From NCBI GenBank assembly GCA_002344005.1, contig DDTD01000043.1, positions 1,746 to 65,745 of the forward strand: a DNA stretch of 64,000 nt. Direction: 5' to 3'. Positions 8,770-20,200 of the stretch are shown here, in pieces (within the stretch, counting starts at the first letter, position 1; each line of letters starts with the position of its first letter). A program made the translations under genes and the position numbers. The DNA is from Ignavibacteria bacterium UBA2373. Its GTDB lineage: Bacteria > Bacteroidota > Ignavibacteria > Kapaibacteriales > UBA961. The notes beneath the pieces were generated by a model that saw only the letters and a list, made by a program, of their open reading frames with translations, searched no databases and had not been told where the DNA came from.

Positions 8770-10767
8770 TTATTCAAAATGGACAGAATAGGGTAAAGCC
8801 ATTTGAACTTTTTCTTTCATACCAATGCGTGTGATGTTAAGTGCATCGGTTATCTGCTGACGTACAGGTGCAGGTAATGCGCTTTTCTCACTCACAGACT
8901 CAAGTACGGCATTGCCCACGAATGATTTGAATTGCTCATTAATGTGTGCATCTTCTTCATCTTTCTCTTTGCCGATACCAAAGGATTCTAAAAGCTCTTG
9001 GAATTTATCTTTCTGGCGGGGATAGATACTGATTTGTACTTTGTTACCCTTCTTTACTCCTATACGTTTTTTTGCAAGATCAATGGCTGTTTGGAATCCG
9101 CCGAGTACATCAACTAAGCCATTTTTGTGGGCATCTGCACCAGTCCACACGCGCCCTTTTGCAAGCATTCTCATGTCCTCATACGTTTTTTTCCGTGATT
9201 GAGCAGCTTTACTTACAAAACTTGTGTAAATTGGTTCCATCATACCTTTTAATCGAGCTTTATCCGCATCAGTGTAAGCCAATAAAGGATTCATAAATTG
9301 TGAAGATTTACCCATATTGATGGTGTCAACAGTGATACCTACTTTATCAATTGTACCCGCAAAGTTAGGTATGACCGAAATTACGCCGATAGATCCTGTT
9401 ATGGTATAAGGACTTGCTACGATTGTATCACATGCCATCGGAATATAGTAACCGCCCGATGCAGCCACATCACTCATGGAGGCATAGACAGGTTTTACTT
9501 TTTTCGTTTTTTGAATTTCTTCCCATATCATATCTGAAGCTAAAGCAGATCCGCCCGGACTGTCAATGCGTATTATAATCGCTTTAATATCATCATCTTC
9601 GCGTGCACGGCGTAAATCTTCAATAAAAGATGTGGAAGCAATTTCCATATCACCTCCGCCAAAAGGGTTGGAAGATGTTTTTCCCGTGCGAATACCACCA
9701 ACGCCATAAATAATAGCAATTTCCTTATCTTCAATTTCGGTTTCATCTGTACCGGAATTGCTGTGTGCATACGTTTTTAATGAAACAAGCTCCAATTTTG
9801 ATGAAGATTTTTTCTTCTTTTTATTCTCGTTTCCTTCCTCATTATCACTATTATCTTGTTCAGAAATTCCAAGACGTGATTTAATTATATCACGTACTTG
9901 TGTTTCTGTTGCTATACCGTTAATCCATCCATAACTCCACAATGAATCAGCACGGTAAATACCTTTATCCACATGATACGCTACTTGTTGCAATGCCAAG
10001 TTACGGAATGAGGCAACGGAGGAAACAAATAATTCATGACGCTGTTGAAGGAGAACTCGTAATTCTTCTTTTGCGGGGTCAGAAAAATTTGTTCTTGAAA
10101 ATGTTTCGCCAAATGATTTATATTCTTCGAATTGTTGTACATGGACATTAACGCCTATTTTATCTAACATGTTCTTGTAAAACATCACAGATGCGCCCAT
10201 TGCTTGTCCTTCAATAAATCCCTCACGAGGCATAAATATAGAATCAGATGGCAGAGCAAAGAAATAATCGTTTTTATTACCGGTTTCTATATAAGAATAG
10301 ATAAATTTTCCTGAACTCTTAAAATCCACCATTGCTTCTTGTAATTCAACCATTTTTGCCATACCGGGTAAGTTGCCATTAGCCACATAGTATATACCTT
10401 TGATGTTTTCATCGTTTTTGGCTCTTTTGATGGCATTAAGCGCATCGAAGAAAGAGAGTGTTTTATCACTTGATCCATCAAAGGAAAACCCATCGCTTTT
10501 ATCATATTCTTGCAATGGTTTTTTGAAATTGATATAGAGGACAGAGTTGTTCTTGATGACAACTTCTTCTTCTTCAAAGCTATCTGCGACCGATGAGCCA
10601 ATGGCGGCAATGATGCCGATAAAAGAGACTATCATCAGAACAAAAACCCCGACAACAATAAGAAGTGGAATCCACCAGCGTGATTTCTTCCTTTGTGGTG
10701 GCATATAATACGGTGGAGGTGGGGGCGGTGGTGGTATAGGGGCGGACGGTGTAGAGATTTCGCTCAT
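8770..10767 (-). CDS. sppA: signal peptide peptidase SppA (protease IV, 67K type)
   Basis: It has tandem ClpP/crotonase-like S49 domains (GGSALASDMIWEEI..., VYASMSDVAASGGYYI). The N-terminus is proline-rich (PPPPPPPP) and followed by a transmembrane anchor. Confidence 0.8.
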   Translation of the reverse strand: MSEISTPSAPIPPPPPPPPYYMPPQRKKSRWWIPLLIVVGVFVLMIVSFIGIIAAIGSSVADSFEEEEVVIKNNSVLYINFKKPLQEYDKSDGFSFDGSSDKTLSFFDALNAIKRAKNDENIKGIYYVANGNLPGMAKMVELQEAMVDFKSSGKFIYSYIETGNKNDYFFALPSDSIFMPREGFIEGQAMGASVMFYKNMLDKIGVNVHVQQFEEYKSFGETFSRTNFSDPAKEELRVLLQQRHELFVSSVASFRNLALQQVAYHVDKGIYRADSLWSYGWINGIATETQVRDIIKSRLGISEQDNSDNEEGNENKKKKKSSSKLELVSLKTYAHSNSGTDETEIEDKEIAIIYGVGGIRTGKTSSNPFGGGDMEIASTSFIEDLRRAREDDDIKAIIIRIDSPGGSALASDMIWEEIQKTKKVKPVYASMSDVAASGGYYIPMACDTIVASPYTITGSIGVISVIPNFAGTIDKVGITVDTINMGKSSQFMNPLLAYTDADKARLKGMMEPIYTSFVSKAAQSRKKTYEDMRMLAKGRVWTGADAHKNGLVDVLGGFQTAIDLAKKRIGVKKGNKVQISIYPRQKDKFQELLESFGIGKEKDEEDAHINEQFKSFVGNAVLESVSEKSALPAPVRQQITDALNITRIGMKEKVQMALPYSVHFE

Positions 10768-10918
10768 AAGTAACTCCTCAAAATATTGATAAATGTTGTA
10801 TGTTCTTTTCGGAACCTTACGGTCTTATTTACGGTAAAGTTGCAATTTTGCGCTGAAAAAATAGCAAATTACTGCATATTTGTAATTGTTAATAGAAAAA
10901 AATCTGATTATTGCAAAC

Positions 10919-12202
10919 ATGAGTGAAAAGCAAGAAACAAAAGAACAACTGACAAGCAGGGACGGACTGTATGATATTCCTGTTGTTGATTTGCAGCAGT
11001 ACCGCTATCATTTACCTGACGATAGAATAGCGCAATTCCCTTTAGAACAAAGAGATGGAAGTAAGTTGCTTATTGCAGACCCTCGTGCAATGACTATAAG
11101 ACATGATAATTTTTATCGTTTGGCTGACTATATTCCCGACAATACACTCTTTATTCGTAATGATACTAAAGTTATAACGGCGCGCCTATTAGCAAAAAAA
11201 TCAACAGGTGGGGCAGTAGAGTTGCTGTTGTTGTCTCCGCAGTATGGTTCGCCGCAAGATGCGATGATGCATCGCCATTCGACCGCATGGTATTGTTTGC
11301 TGGGCGGGCGTAATATAAAATCCGGTATGGTGCTGACAATTGAGTCTGAGGATAAGACATTTCTCATGGATGCGACCATTGTCAGTAAGAATGGACAACA
11401 GGCATTGGTAACCTTTACTTGGTCACCGCCGATGTATGTTTTCGCTGCTATTATTGATGTTTGCGGCACAACGCCATTACCCCCATACATGCATCGCGTT
11501 GCTACGAAGGACGATAAAGAGCGTTATCAAACAGTCTATGCCGTGACAGAAGGTTCGGTGGCTGCTCCAACAGCGGGACTACATTTTACCGAAGGTGTGT
11601 TCGACACATTGCGGGAAAAATATTGTGCATTTGCCGATGTCACTTTGCATGTGGGTTTAGGAACATTCAAACCCATCAACACCGATACACTCGAAAATTT
11701 CACCATGCACAATGAACGTTTTGAGGTGTCTTTGGCTTCAATACGAAAAATTCGGCGTTCCTTAGAACAAAAACGCACTTTCATTAGTGTTGGCACAACA
11801 TCAATGAGAACGATAGAGTCATTGTATTGGTATGGTGTATCTTTGCTCCAAAAAAAGAGGAGCTATTCACCGGAAAATCCCGCATTTGTTTCTCAATGGG
11901 AACCTTATTCCATTGTTGGTGAACGATCGGAACCATTAGAAGTGTTTCATGCATTGGAACACATTCTTGAATCGCATCAACAGCAAAGTATTGTCGGCAC
12001 AACAGAAATAATTATTGTTCCCGGTTATACTTTTTCTATTTTTGATGGGTTAGTTACCAATTTTCATCAACCCGAAAGTACACTAATGTTACTTGTTGCG
12101 GCATTTGTTGGTGAATATTGGCGAGAAATATATCAAACAGCATTAGAAGAAGAATACCGTTTTCTCAGTTATGGTGATTCATCATTGTTGTTCAAAAATT
12201 AA
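10919..12202 (+). CDS. queA: S-adenosylmethionine:tRNA ribosyltransferase-isomerase QueA
   Basis: The QueA N-terminal motif (YRYHLPDDRIAQFPLEQRDGSKLL) and C-terminal motif (PLPPYMHR..., GTTS.R..E, TNFHQPEST) are present. The ORF track uses TTG at 10886; the ATG at 10919 is preferred. The protein is longer than typical QueA proteins, which are about 345 aa. Confidence 0.8.
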   Translation: MSEKQETKEQLTSRDGLYDIPVVDLQQYRYHLPDDRIAQFPLEQRDGSKLLIADPRAMTIRHDNFYRLADYIPDNTLFIRNDTKVITARLLAKKSTGGAVELLLLSPQYGSPQDAMMHRHSTAWYCLLGGRNIKSGMVLTIESEDKTFLMDATIVSKNGQQALVTFTWSPPMYVFAAIIDVCGTTPLPPYMHRVATKDDKERYQTVYAVTEGSVAAPTAGLHFTEGVFDTLREKYCAFADVTLHVGLGTFKPINTDTLENFTMHNERFEVSLASIRKIRRSLEQKRTFISVGTTSMRTIESLYWYGVSLLQKKRSYSPENPAFVSQWEPYSIVGERSEPLEVFHALEHILESHQQQSIVGTTEIIIVPGYTFSIFDGLVTNFHQPESTLMLLVAAFVGEYWREIYQTALEEEYRFLSYGDSSLLFKN

Positions 12203-12230
12203 TACGTTATTTATCAATAAGGAGTAGTAT

Positions 12231-13136
12231 ATGCATGTTAGTTCAGGCGGTGGTAATGCCGAAAAAGAAAAAGCAACGAAGAATGCGCTTTATGCCGGTA
12301 TTTTAGATACGGGGGTAACACTTGCTGCATTGTTGTTTTCCAGTTCTTCAGTCCTTTTGGCTGATTTTTTAAAAACAACTCTTGAGGGAATTGCGGTATT
12401 ACTTGCATGGTTATCTTTACGGAGAATAATTTATGGACGTAATCAAGAATTTGACTATGGTATTGGTAAGTTAGAAAGTTTATCAAGTGTATTTGTCGGT
12501 GTACTGATGGCTCTTGCCGTCTTAATTATTGTCGGTAATTCAATAAAAAATATTCTTAGTCCCGGTCATGTCGAAGGACTTGGTTTATATATAAGTGGGG
12601 TCGCTCAAATTGTCTTTGGTGTCATTAATACGAAAATGGCTTTAAATTCACGACGTATTGCAAAAGTATCGCCTTCGCCAATTATTACTGCACAACAACA
12701 ACTCTTTACTACACGTGCATTCGGTAATATCTTTATATTGTTGTCATTAAGTTTAAGTATGGCTCTACATGATTATACATGGTCGGCATATATTGACCCT
12801 GTTGCATCATTAGTGATTGCGGGTTTTATAGGCTTCAGTGCAATGGGTGTATTTACCGATTCATTTAATGATTTATTAGATAAAACTCTTGATGAAGAAT
12901 ATCAAATGATTATTCTGCGTGAATTAGCATTACATTTTGATGAATATGAAGATTTGCATGGTATTCGCTCACGTCGTTCGGGAAGCCATGTTTTTATTGA
13001 AATATTTCTCGAATGTGATAAAGATAAAAAAGTAGGAGATATTCAGTCTTTTATGGATACATTACGCAAAGATTTGGAAAGTAAAATTGCAAATAGCCGT
13101 GTTATTATTGGTTTATCGCAGGAACGAGTAAAATAA
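12231..13136 (+). CDS. cation diffusion facilitator (CDF) family cation efflux transporter
   Basis: It has 6 transmembrane segments and the CDF C-terminal cytoplasmic domain, with an AAGGAG ribosome-binding site upstream. Confidence 0.8.
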   Translation: MHVSSGGGNAEKEKATKNALYAGILDTGVTLAALLFSSSSVLLADFLKTTLEGIAVLLAWLSLRRIIYGRNQEFDYGIGKLESLSSVFVGVLMALAVLIIVGNSIKNILSPGHVEGLGLYISGVAQIVFGVINTKMALNSRRIAKVSPSPIITAQQQLFTTRAFGNIFILLSLSLSMALHDYTWSAYIDPVASLVIAGFIGFSAMGVFTDSFNDLLDKTLDEEYQMIILRELALHFDEYEDLHGIRSRRSGSHVFIEIFLECDKDKKVGDIQSFMDTLRKDLESKIANSRVIIGLSQERVK

Positions 13137-13137
13137 T

Positions 13138-13770
13138 ATGGGTAATTTTGTTCATCACAATATAGGCGGTATTATTGCCGGTACAAGTTGTGGTGTCATT
13201 GGATATATGTACGCTTCTGTACCCTTGCCGGAGTCTGTTTCGGCAGGGGTATTGTGTTATATTAGTTCTTTGCTGCCGGATATAGATAGCCCAGTAAGCA
13301 AACCTGCAGAGTTTGTGGTGAATATATGCAGCGCCTTAGTCCCTACTTTATTGTTCTCGTATTTTTCTGAATATCATTTGCATACATCGTCATATATTAC
13401 TCTTGCCATGGTTGGATATTTGGCGACCGGTATTCTTATTAAACAAATTATTCGGAGAATTACAGTTCACAGAGGAATAATACATAGTATTCCCATGGCT
13501 GTGCTGTGGGGCGCGATTGTCTTTATTCTTTTACGCAAGGAAGATAGTATTATTCAAAACAGTATGAGTTTATCCGCAATATCGGGATTTATAGTACATC
13601 TGTTGATAGATGAAATGTTTTCCGTTGTTGATATAAGCGGAGGTACATTTATGCCTAAACGGTCTTTTGGAACTGCTTTGAAATTGACAGGTATGTCGGC
13701 TTTTTCTACCATACTTATGTATGTATTCCTTTCTGTTGTGTTATGGTATTGTTTTGTCATTCTCCCTTAA
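13138..13770 (+). CDS. membrane-bound metal-dependent hydrolase (DUF457/YdjM-like)
   Basis: It has His-containing N-terminal motifs (HHNIGG) and conserved His/Asp within transmembrane helices (IHS, HLLIDE). It starts 2 bp after the CDF stop. Confidence 0.55.
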   Translation: MGNFVHHNIGGIIAGTSCGVIGYMYASVPLPESVSAGVLCYISSLLPDIDSPVSKPAEFVVNICSALVPTLLFSYFSEYHLHTSSYITLAMVGYLATGILIKQIIRRITVHRGIIHSIPMAVLWGAIVFILLRKEDSIIQNSMSLSAISGFIVHLLIDEMFSVVDISGGTFMPKRSFGTALKLTGMSAFSTILMYVFLSVVLWYCFVILP

Positions 13771-13821
13771 CATTTTATTTGTGTTAGAAAAGTAACTTCT
13801 ATTGTGCAACAGGTAGTTTGA

Positions 13822-14694
13822 TTATTGCAAAGTCATAATTTTTTCACAATATTGTCTATATGATGAATTTGGTAAAGAAATAATATGACGCATTAATTCT
13901 TCTTCGTTAATATATTTCATTAAAAAAGCAATTTCTTCCAGACAAGCAATTTTCATACCTTGTCTTTTTTCAATAGCATGAATGAATGTTCCGGCTTCGA
14001 GCAAACTTTCGGGAGTCCCTGTGTCAAGCCATGCAATACCTCTGCCCATAATTTCCACTTGAAGTGTATTCTGCTGTAAGTAAGCATTATGGATATCGGT
14101 AATTTCTAATTCTCCGCGAGGACTTGGTTGTACATTTTTGGCTATATTGACTACGTCTGATGAAAATACATATAAGCCGGGAATAGCATACTGTGATTTT
14201 GGTAATTTTGGTTTTTCTTCGATAGAAAGTACTTCACCGTTTTCGCCAAATTCGACAACACCATATCGTTCGGGATCAGTAACTTGATAGCCGAAAATAG
14301 TGCCGCCGATATTTTTTTCCAAAGCATTGCGCAAGAAATCCAATTTACCATAAAATACATTGTCGCCAAGAATAAGACATACTTGGTTATTGTTGATAAA
14401 TTCTTCACCAATGATGAAGGCTTCTGCCAGTCCTCTTGGTGCGGTCTGAATTGCGTATTTGAGAGAAATACCCCATTGCGAACCATCGCCGAGCAGCTTC
14501 TGGAATAAAGGCATATCATGGGGCGTAGTGATGAGGAGTATGTCGCGAATGCCCCCAAGCATGAGTGTTGCCAATGGATAATAGATAAGAGGTTTATCGT
14601 AAATGGGCTGTAACTGTTTGCTGCAAATGGTGGAAAGGGGATACAGACGGCTGCCACTACCCCCGGCAAGCACTATTCCTTTAGTTGGCTTCAT
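13822..14694 (-). CDS. rfbA: glucose-1-phosphate thymidylyltransferase
   Basis: MKPTKGIVLAGGSGSRLYPLS... and the full RmlA signature are present. The likely start is at the internal Met at 14694 rather than the ORF-track start at 14709. Confidence 0.9.
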   Translation of the reverse strand: MKPTKGIVLAGGSGSRLYPLSTICSKQLQPIYDKPLIYYPLATLMLGGIRDILLITTPHDMPLFQKLLGDGSQWGISLKYAIQTAPRGLAEAFIIGEEFINNNQVCLILGDNVFYGKLDFLRNALEKNIGGTIFGYQVTDPERYGVVEFGENGEVLSIEEKPKLPKSQYAIPGLYVFSSDVVNIAKNVQPSPRGELEITDIHNAYLQQNTLQVEIMGRGIAWLDTGTPESLLEAGTFIHAIEKRQGMKIACLEEIAFLMKYINEEELMRHIISLPNSSYRQYCEKIMTLQ

Positions 14695-14784
14695 ATCATT
14701 CCATTTCAAATAATTTGTGTGAGTACAAAAATACCGGTGTTTGTCTCAACGTCGAAAATCAAAATATTTCTATCATGGTGATTT

Positions 14785-15189
14785 ATGGTATCGCAGGAGC
14801 GTACAATTGTGTTCTTTGATGGTGTCTGTGGCTTATGCAACTCTATGGTTGATTGGCTTATACGAGCTGATCGTCACCGTCATTTGTACTTTTCTCCTTT
14901 GCAAGGTATCACAGCACAAGAACATGGCATAAACTTGCCTGCAGATAAAGATCCTGACACTCTTATCTGTTACACATCAGGGAAACAGTATGAACGTTCT
15001 GATGCAATCTTGCACATTGTGCGGCGGCTTGGTTTACCCTATTCACTTCTTTGTATTTTTGTGCTTATTCCTCGACCGGTCAGGAATGCTATGTATAATA
15101 TTCTTGCTGCCAAACGCTATCAGATTTTTGGCAAAAAAGAGAGTTGCAGACTACCTTCACCGGAAGAAAGACAGTATTTTTTACCATAA
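14785..15189 (+). CDS. thiol-disulfide oxidoreductase, DCC family (DUF393)
   Basis: The FDGVCGLCNSMVDWL motif is present. Confidence 0.7.
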   Translation: MVSQERTIVFFDGVCGLCNSMVDWLIRADRHRHLYFSPLQGITAQEHGINLPADKDPDTLICYTSGKQYERSDAILHIVRRLGLPYSLLCIFVLIPRPVRNAMYNILAAKRYQIFGKKESCRLPSPEERQYFLP

Positions 15190-15204
15190 TCTTCAATTTG
15201 TCGT

Positions 15205-16713
15205 ATGTCAATAATCGGAAAATCTCTTACCCTCACCATTGCCAATGATGTGCAATTCTTGCCCACTGTTTTACGTGCTGTCAATGACATGGCGCATATT
15301 CAAGGGTTCACACCAGAAGATATTCATAGATTAGAATTGGGCACTGAGGAAGCCGTAGCGAATGTAATTAAGCATGCTTTTGCTCATGGTACAACAGAAT
15401 ATTTTTCCATAGTCATCACAGCGGAATCCCTTGGTTTACGGATTACTATTTTTGATCAAGGTATGCCTTTCGATCCCGAGCAATTACCTGCATATTCACC
15501 GGAAGAAGTCGCCTCAACAATGACATCACGAGGCTTGGGTGTCTTTCTGATTCGAAAATTTATTGATGAAGTATCATTTCATAATCTCGGCAGAAAGGGA
15601 CATGAGACGGTATTGTTCAAATATCTGCATCGTGAAAATATTTCAGAGATGTTGGCTTATGATGAAAAGCAGCAAGCAGAGCATGAACGTACTGAAGATG
15701 AATTGCCTAAAGGTTCAGTGAGTTATGATGTGCGTCGGATGAAGCCGGTCGAAGCGATTGAGGTATCAAAATGTGCCTACAGTTCGTATGGTTATGCATA
15801 TGTATATGAAAACATCTATTATCCGGAGCGTGTTCGGGAGTTAAATGAAAATGATAACTTGATTTCCTTTGTAGCTGTTTCCGATGCAAGTGAAGTTATG
15901 GGACATTCGGCTTTAGTTCCTTCCCATGACGATACCGGCATTGCAGAAATGGGAGTGAGTTTTGTAAAACCACGCTATCGTGGACAAGGATGTTTGAAGG
16001 CATTATCGGAGGCAAGGCTCAGTGAAGGAGCACGTCGCGGCTTAACGGGTGTATATATGCAAGCAGTCACTACTCATCCTTACTCACAAAAACCTGCTCA
16101 TGCTAATGGTTTTTCTGATACGGCATTGATGCTGGCAAGAGCAGATGTTCTTGAATTTAAGGAAATTGAACAGAAGAAGAGACAAAGAGAATCCTTAGTA
16201 ATCGCTTATAAATATTTAAGTACGCCTCCCACCATGACAGTATATGCACCCGTGCATCATAAGCAGATATTACAAAAAACATTCGATTTGCTTGATGCTC
16301 GGATTGAATGGGGAAAAGAAGTCATTGCAAATGTTCAAGGAGTTCAAGCAAATATAGCTTTGAAAACCGATAGTTACAGTGGGGCGACAATCACCGTAAA
16401 AGCGTATGGTGAAGAGTATGCCCTCACGATAAAAAAACTTGTTAAGGGATTGTGCTATGATGGAGTTATTGCCATATATGTTCAATTGCCGCTCTCAGAC
16501 CCTATAACACAATCAGCAATTATCGAAATGGAGAAAATAGGATTCTTCTATTGCGGCATTATGCCCGGCTCAAATGGCAATAATATTTTCATTATGCAAT
16601 ATCTTAATAATTATCCTTTCGATTATAGTATTTTACGTTTAGATTCCGATTTCGGTAAAGAATTAGCACTTTATATAGAACAAGATTTTCAACGAATTAA
16701 CACAATATTATGA
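15205..16713 (+). CDS. fusion protein: RsbW-like anti-sigma-factor HATPase kinase domain plus a C-terminal GNAT-like acetyltransferase domain
   Basis: The N-terminal 140 aa match the HATPase_c_2/RsbW pattern (EEAVANVIKHAF, GLGVFLIRKFIDEV). The C-terminal half carries a GNAT-like motif (KPRYRGQGCLKAL). Confidence 0.55.
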   Translation: MSIIGKSLTLTIANDVQFLPTVLRAVNDMAHIQGFTPEDIHRLELGTEEAVANVIKHAFAHGTTEYFSIVITAESLGLRITIFDQGMPFDPEQLPAYSPEEVASTMTSRGLGVFLIRKFIDEVSFHNLGRKGHETVLFKYLHRENISEMLAYDEKQQAEHERTEDELPKGSVSYDVRRMKPVEAIEVSKCAYSSYGYAYVYENIYYPERVRELNENDNLISFVAVSDASEVMGHSALVPSHDDTGIAEMGVSFVKPRYRGQGCLKALSEARLSEGARRGLTGVYMQAVTTHPYSQKPAHANGFSDTALMLARADVLEFKEIEQKKRQRESLVIAYKYLSTPPTMTVYAPVHHKQILQKTFDLLDARIEWGKEVIANVQGVQANIALKTDSYSGATITVKAYGEEYALTIKKLVKGLCYDGVIAIYVQLPLSDPITQSAIIEMEKIGFFYCGIMPGSNGNNIFIMQYLNNYPFDYSILRLDSDFGKELALYIEQDFQRINTIL

Positions 16714-17150
16714 GAACAATAGCATTGCTCTTTGTTTTTATTGCTTTTTTATGCGGATGTTCGAAGGCACCGGAATTTTATGGTAAAGAACCCTTCGTCA
16801 AAACACCGGCACTCACTGTTAGCCAAGCATTAGAACCAACAAATTTCCATCAAAGTATTGTCGTTCGTGCTACCGTACAATCTGTTTGCAAAACAGAAGG
16901 ATGTTGGACAATATTGACGGATGGTAAACAATCTATGCGTGTTGTTTTTGCTCAGGGAAGATTTGCATCTCCTATGGATACTAAAGGAAAAACGGCGATA
17001 GTCGAAGGACAGATTGAACCAACAATTGTAAGCGAAGAAGATGCACGTATCTATGCAGAGCAAGCCGGCTTGGATGCACAGAAAGTCACTGCCATTAATG
17101 GTGAACAAAGAATCCCAATTTTCACAGCAGAGTCTTTGCGATTCGAGTAA
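16710..17150 (+). CDS. DUF4920-family lipoprotein
   Basis: It has a lipobox (FLCGCS), and the motif CKTEGCWTILTDGKQSMRVVF is typical of DUF4920. Confidence 0.5.
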   Translation: MRTIALLFVFIAFLCGCSKAPEFYGKEPFVKTPALTVSQALEPTNFHQSIVVRATVQSVCKTEGCWTILTDGKQSMRVVFAQGRFASPMDTKGKTAIVEGQIEPTIVSEEDARIYAEQAGLDAQKVTAINGEQRIPIFTAESLRFE

Positions 17151-17297
17151 GAGAGGCGAACCATTAAACAGTGAATAATGACATGGTTTTGCATCAATGG
17201 CATTATAAGTTTTGATATTGTTCTTATGAGAAAGGGGTCACTTGCCGCTTTCTTAATAATTTTGTAAAATTTTTTTCCTCACGTGCCCAAAGGGTAT

Positions 17298-20200
17298 TTT
17301 ATGAAAATGTTTCGATTATTTGTAAACGTTGCTTGCGCTGTATTGTGCGCAACGGTTACGCTTTTCTCTCAAACCAACCCCACGCCATATGATTTGTCAT
17401 TGGGTGATTATTCACTTTTGGCTTGGTCTCCGACAAATGCTGCGGGCGTTTATCCTCCGGGGATACGTTTCCATCGTACTGCGAATGGCAGTGCCGTTGA
17501 TCCCGGTTTAGCAGTGGAATTTACCACCGATTATACACTTGCCTATAACTTAACGGGCGGTGTACGTATCAATGGACTTGATAATGACGGATTCGGTATT
17601 GTCAATACCAGCAGCACAACAAATGGTCAACTTGGCGCAGCCGTCCTTGCACTCAATTGTGCAAATCGCTCGAATGTGACTGTGAGCTGGTTAGGTGGCA
17701 CTCTTACGCAAGGTGATGGTAATCCCACACCTCGTGAATATGCCATCCGTTTACAGTACCGCATTGGTACTACGGCGGCATGGACTGATGTGCCGGGACC
17801 AATCGAATATACCTCAGCCGGAAAAACAAATGGACATACACAAACATTCAGTACTGTATTGCCAATAGCAGTAAACAATGAACCCGTTGTGCAATTGCGT
17901 TGGAAATATTATTCGGCAGCAGCGAATAGCGGTGGTCAGCGTCCTCGCTTGCGTTTGGATGACATCGTCGTGACAAGTACTTCTGCATTTGGTACGCCCA
18001 CAGCATTGAAAATTACTTCCATCACCCCAAGCTCACCTTCTTCTACAAGCACATTCGCTGTGACTGTACAATCGGTGAATGCTTTGGGTAATCCTGTGAA
18101 TGTGCCAACGGAAACATCATTTTCTTTATCACGCTTTGCGGGTACGGGTACTTTAGCCGGAACATTAACAGGCACAATTCCGGCAAATCAAAATTCAGTA
18201 ATCGTCAGCGGGGTAAGTTATAATGTGGCGGAAAGTGGTGTGATTATTCTTGCTTCGCGTACTGCCGGTGAGTTATTGACTGATGGTCAAAGTGCCCCAT
18301 TTACAGTCACCCAAGGAGCAACGCAGACTGCTTTAATTGGCATTCAAACCAAAGGATATATTGGAAAAACATTTCAGACATTTACTGTTGAAGCACGCAG
18401 ACAAGATAATAGTGTTGATCCAAATTATACAGGTAATGTCACCGTCACCGTGGCAAGCGGTACAAATTCTGTTATCGGTACATTGACCAAACCATTAGTG
18501 AATGGAATTGCAACATTTAATGATATTCGTTTTTCTGCTGAGGGTACTTATACCTTACGCTTTTCAACAACAGGGTTAAGTTCCATAGACTCACCGCCCA
18601 TTACCATCAATCCTCGCATTACGATGCAAGATGTGCTCATTCCTCAAGTGGTAAAATCTACATCCAATTTGACTCGTGTGCCGGCATATGCTTTGGTACG
18701 TTTCGATAATCTCTTCCCCAATACGACATATCGTTTCATGACTTCGGGTTTAGAAAATCGTACTCTGATTACCTTTGGTGCAGGCAATAATCTCCATTAT
18801 TCTGCCGAAACCAATTCTTTCAATTATTCCTCCAATAAGACATTAACCTCTACATCCGTTCCGCCGGATTATTCAACCTTTATCACCGGTCCGGGTGAAA
18901 CATCCAAATCAGTTTGGATTAATATTCTCACAACAGGCAATACACGCTTTGCTGAAGGTAATTCTATGTGGTGGAGAGTCTTTTTATCGGATATTATTGG
19001 TGGCACACCCGATACATTAACCACAGTAGCTGCCAGCCGATGCGTTGAATTCGGTTCTTCAACCACACAAGCAACAGGTATTTTTGATTCGCAAAGTGGC
19101 GCTACTCCTAAAAACATTATCTGTCTCTATAATAATGAAGAGGGAACAGGTAATCCAGTGGCAACTGCATTGGTGCAAGATGACGGTACGGTGATTTTCC
19201 GCACTTTCGGTACAAATAATGTCGTAACAACCAAAGCCGTTGATTTTTATGAAGCATTAGATCAAGTCGCGGGAAGTTGGGTTACACTCATTCCCAATAA
19301 TTTAACAGGCGGCATTAAGCGCGTCGAAGAACGCCGCTTATCCGATGGTGAGATTGTACGTTTTTATACAGATGCCGATGGTGTATGGTCAACCGTTAAT
19401 ACTGTCAGAACATCATCCGGTATTACAGCTATTGATTTCCGCACGCCTCAATTGACCGTCACTTCGCCTACAGCAGGGCAGGCAATATGCGCACTCACCG
19501 ACCAACAAATTCGTTGGACTTCACGTGGTGTGAGCAATGTGAAAATTGATATTACACGCAATGGAACAGGATTCTCTCCCATTGTTGCTTCCACCGATGG
19601 ATTTGCTCAACTCTATGATTGGTTTATTACCCATGCAGAAAATGATGGCGCAACATATCAAGTGCGTGTTACCGACAATGAACATCCTATGGTGAGCGGT
19701 TTATCCCAACAATTCTCTATCACATTACCGCCTCGATTATTATTCCAGCCAATTTCACAAAACAAATGTATTGGCGACACTATTCTTTTGCGGGTTGGTA
19801 CCGAAGGAACAGCAACGGCATATCAATGGTTCAAAGATGGTCAGCCATTAACGGGCGCAACAACAAATGTTTTGCGTATCCTTTATGCAAGAGAAACCAA
19901 TACAGGAAAATATCAAGTCCGTGTCTCCGGTACATCCATCTGTGGCGATATATGGTCTGACACTGCAATCGTCTATGTCACTCCAGAGCTAACCATTCTC
20001 AAACAACCACAAGATGCTGTCGCACAATTGGGCAAAACACTTTCGCTTTCTGTGGAAGTCATGGGTACGGACAAACATAGATATCAATGGTTCAAAGGTA
20101 ATGTTGCCTTGCAGAACAGCACACGCATTTCCGGCGCACAAACCCCGAATTTGATTATCCGTGAGTTCAAAGCTACTGATAATGGCACTGACTATTTCTG

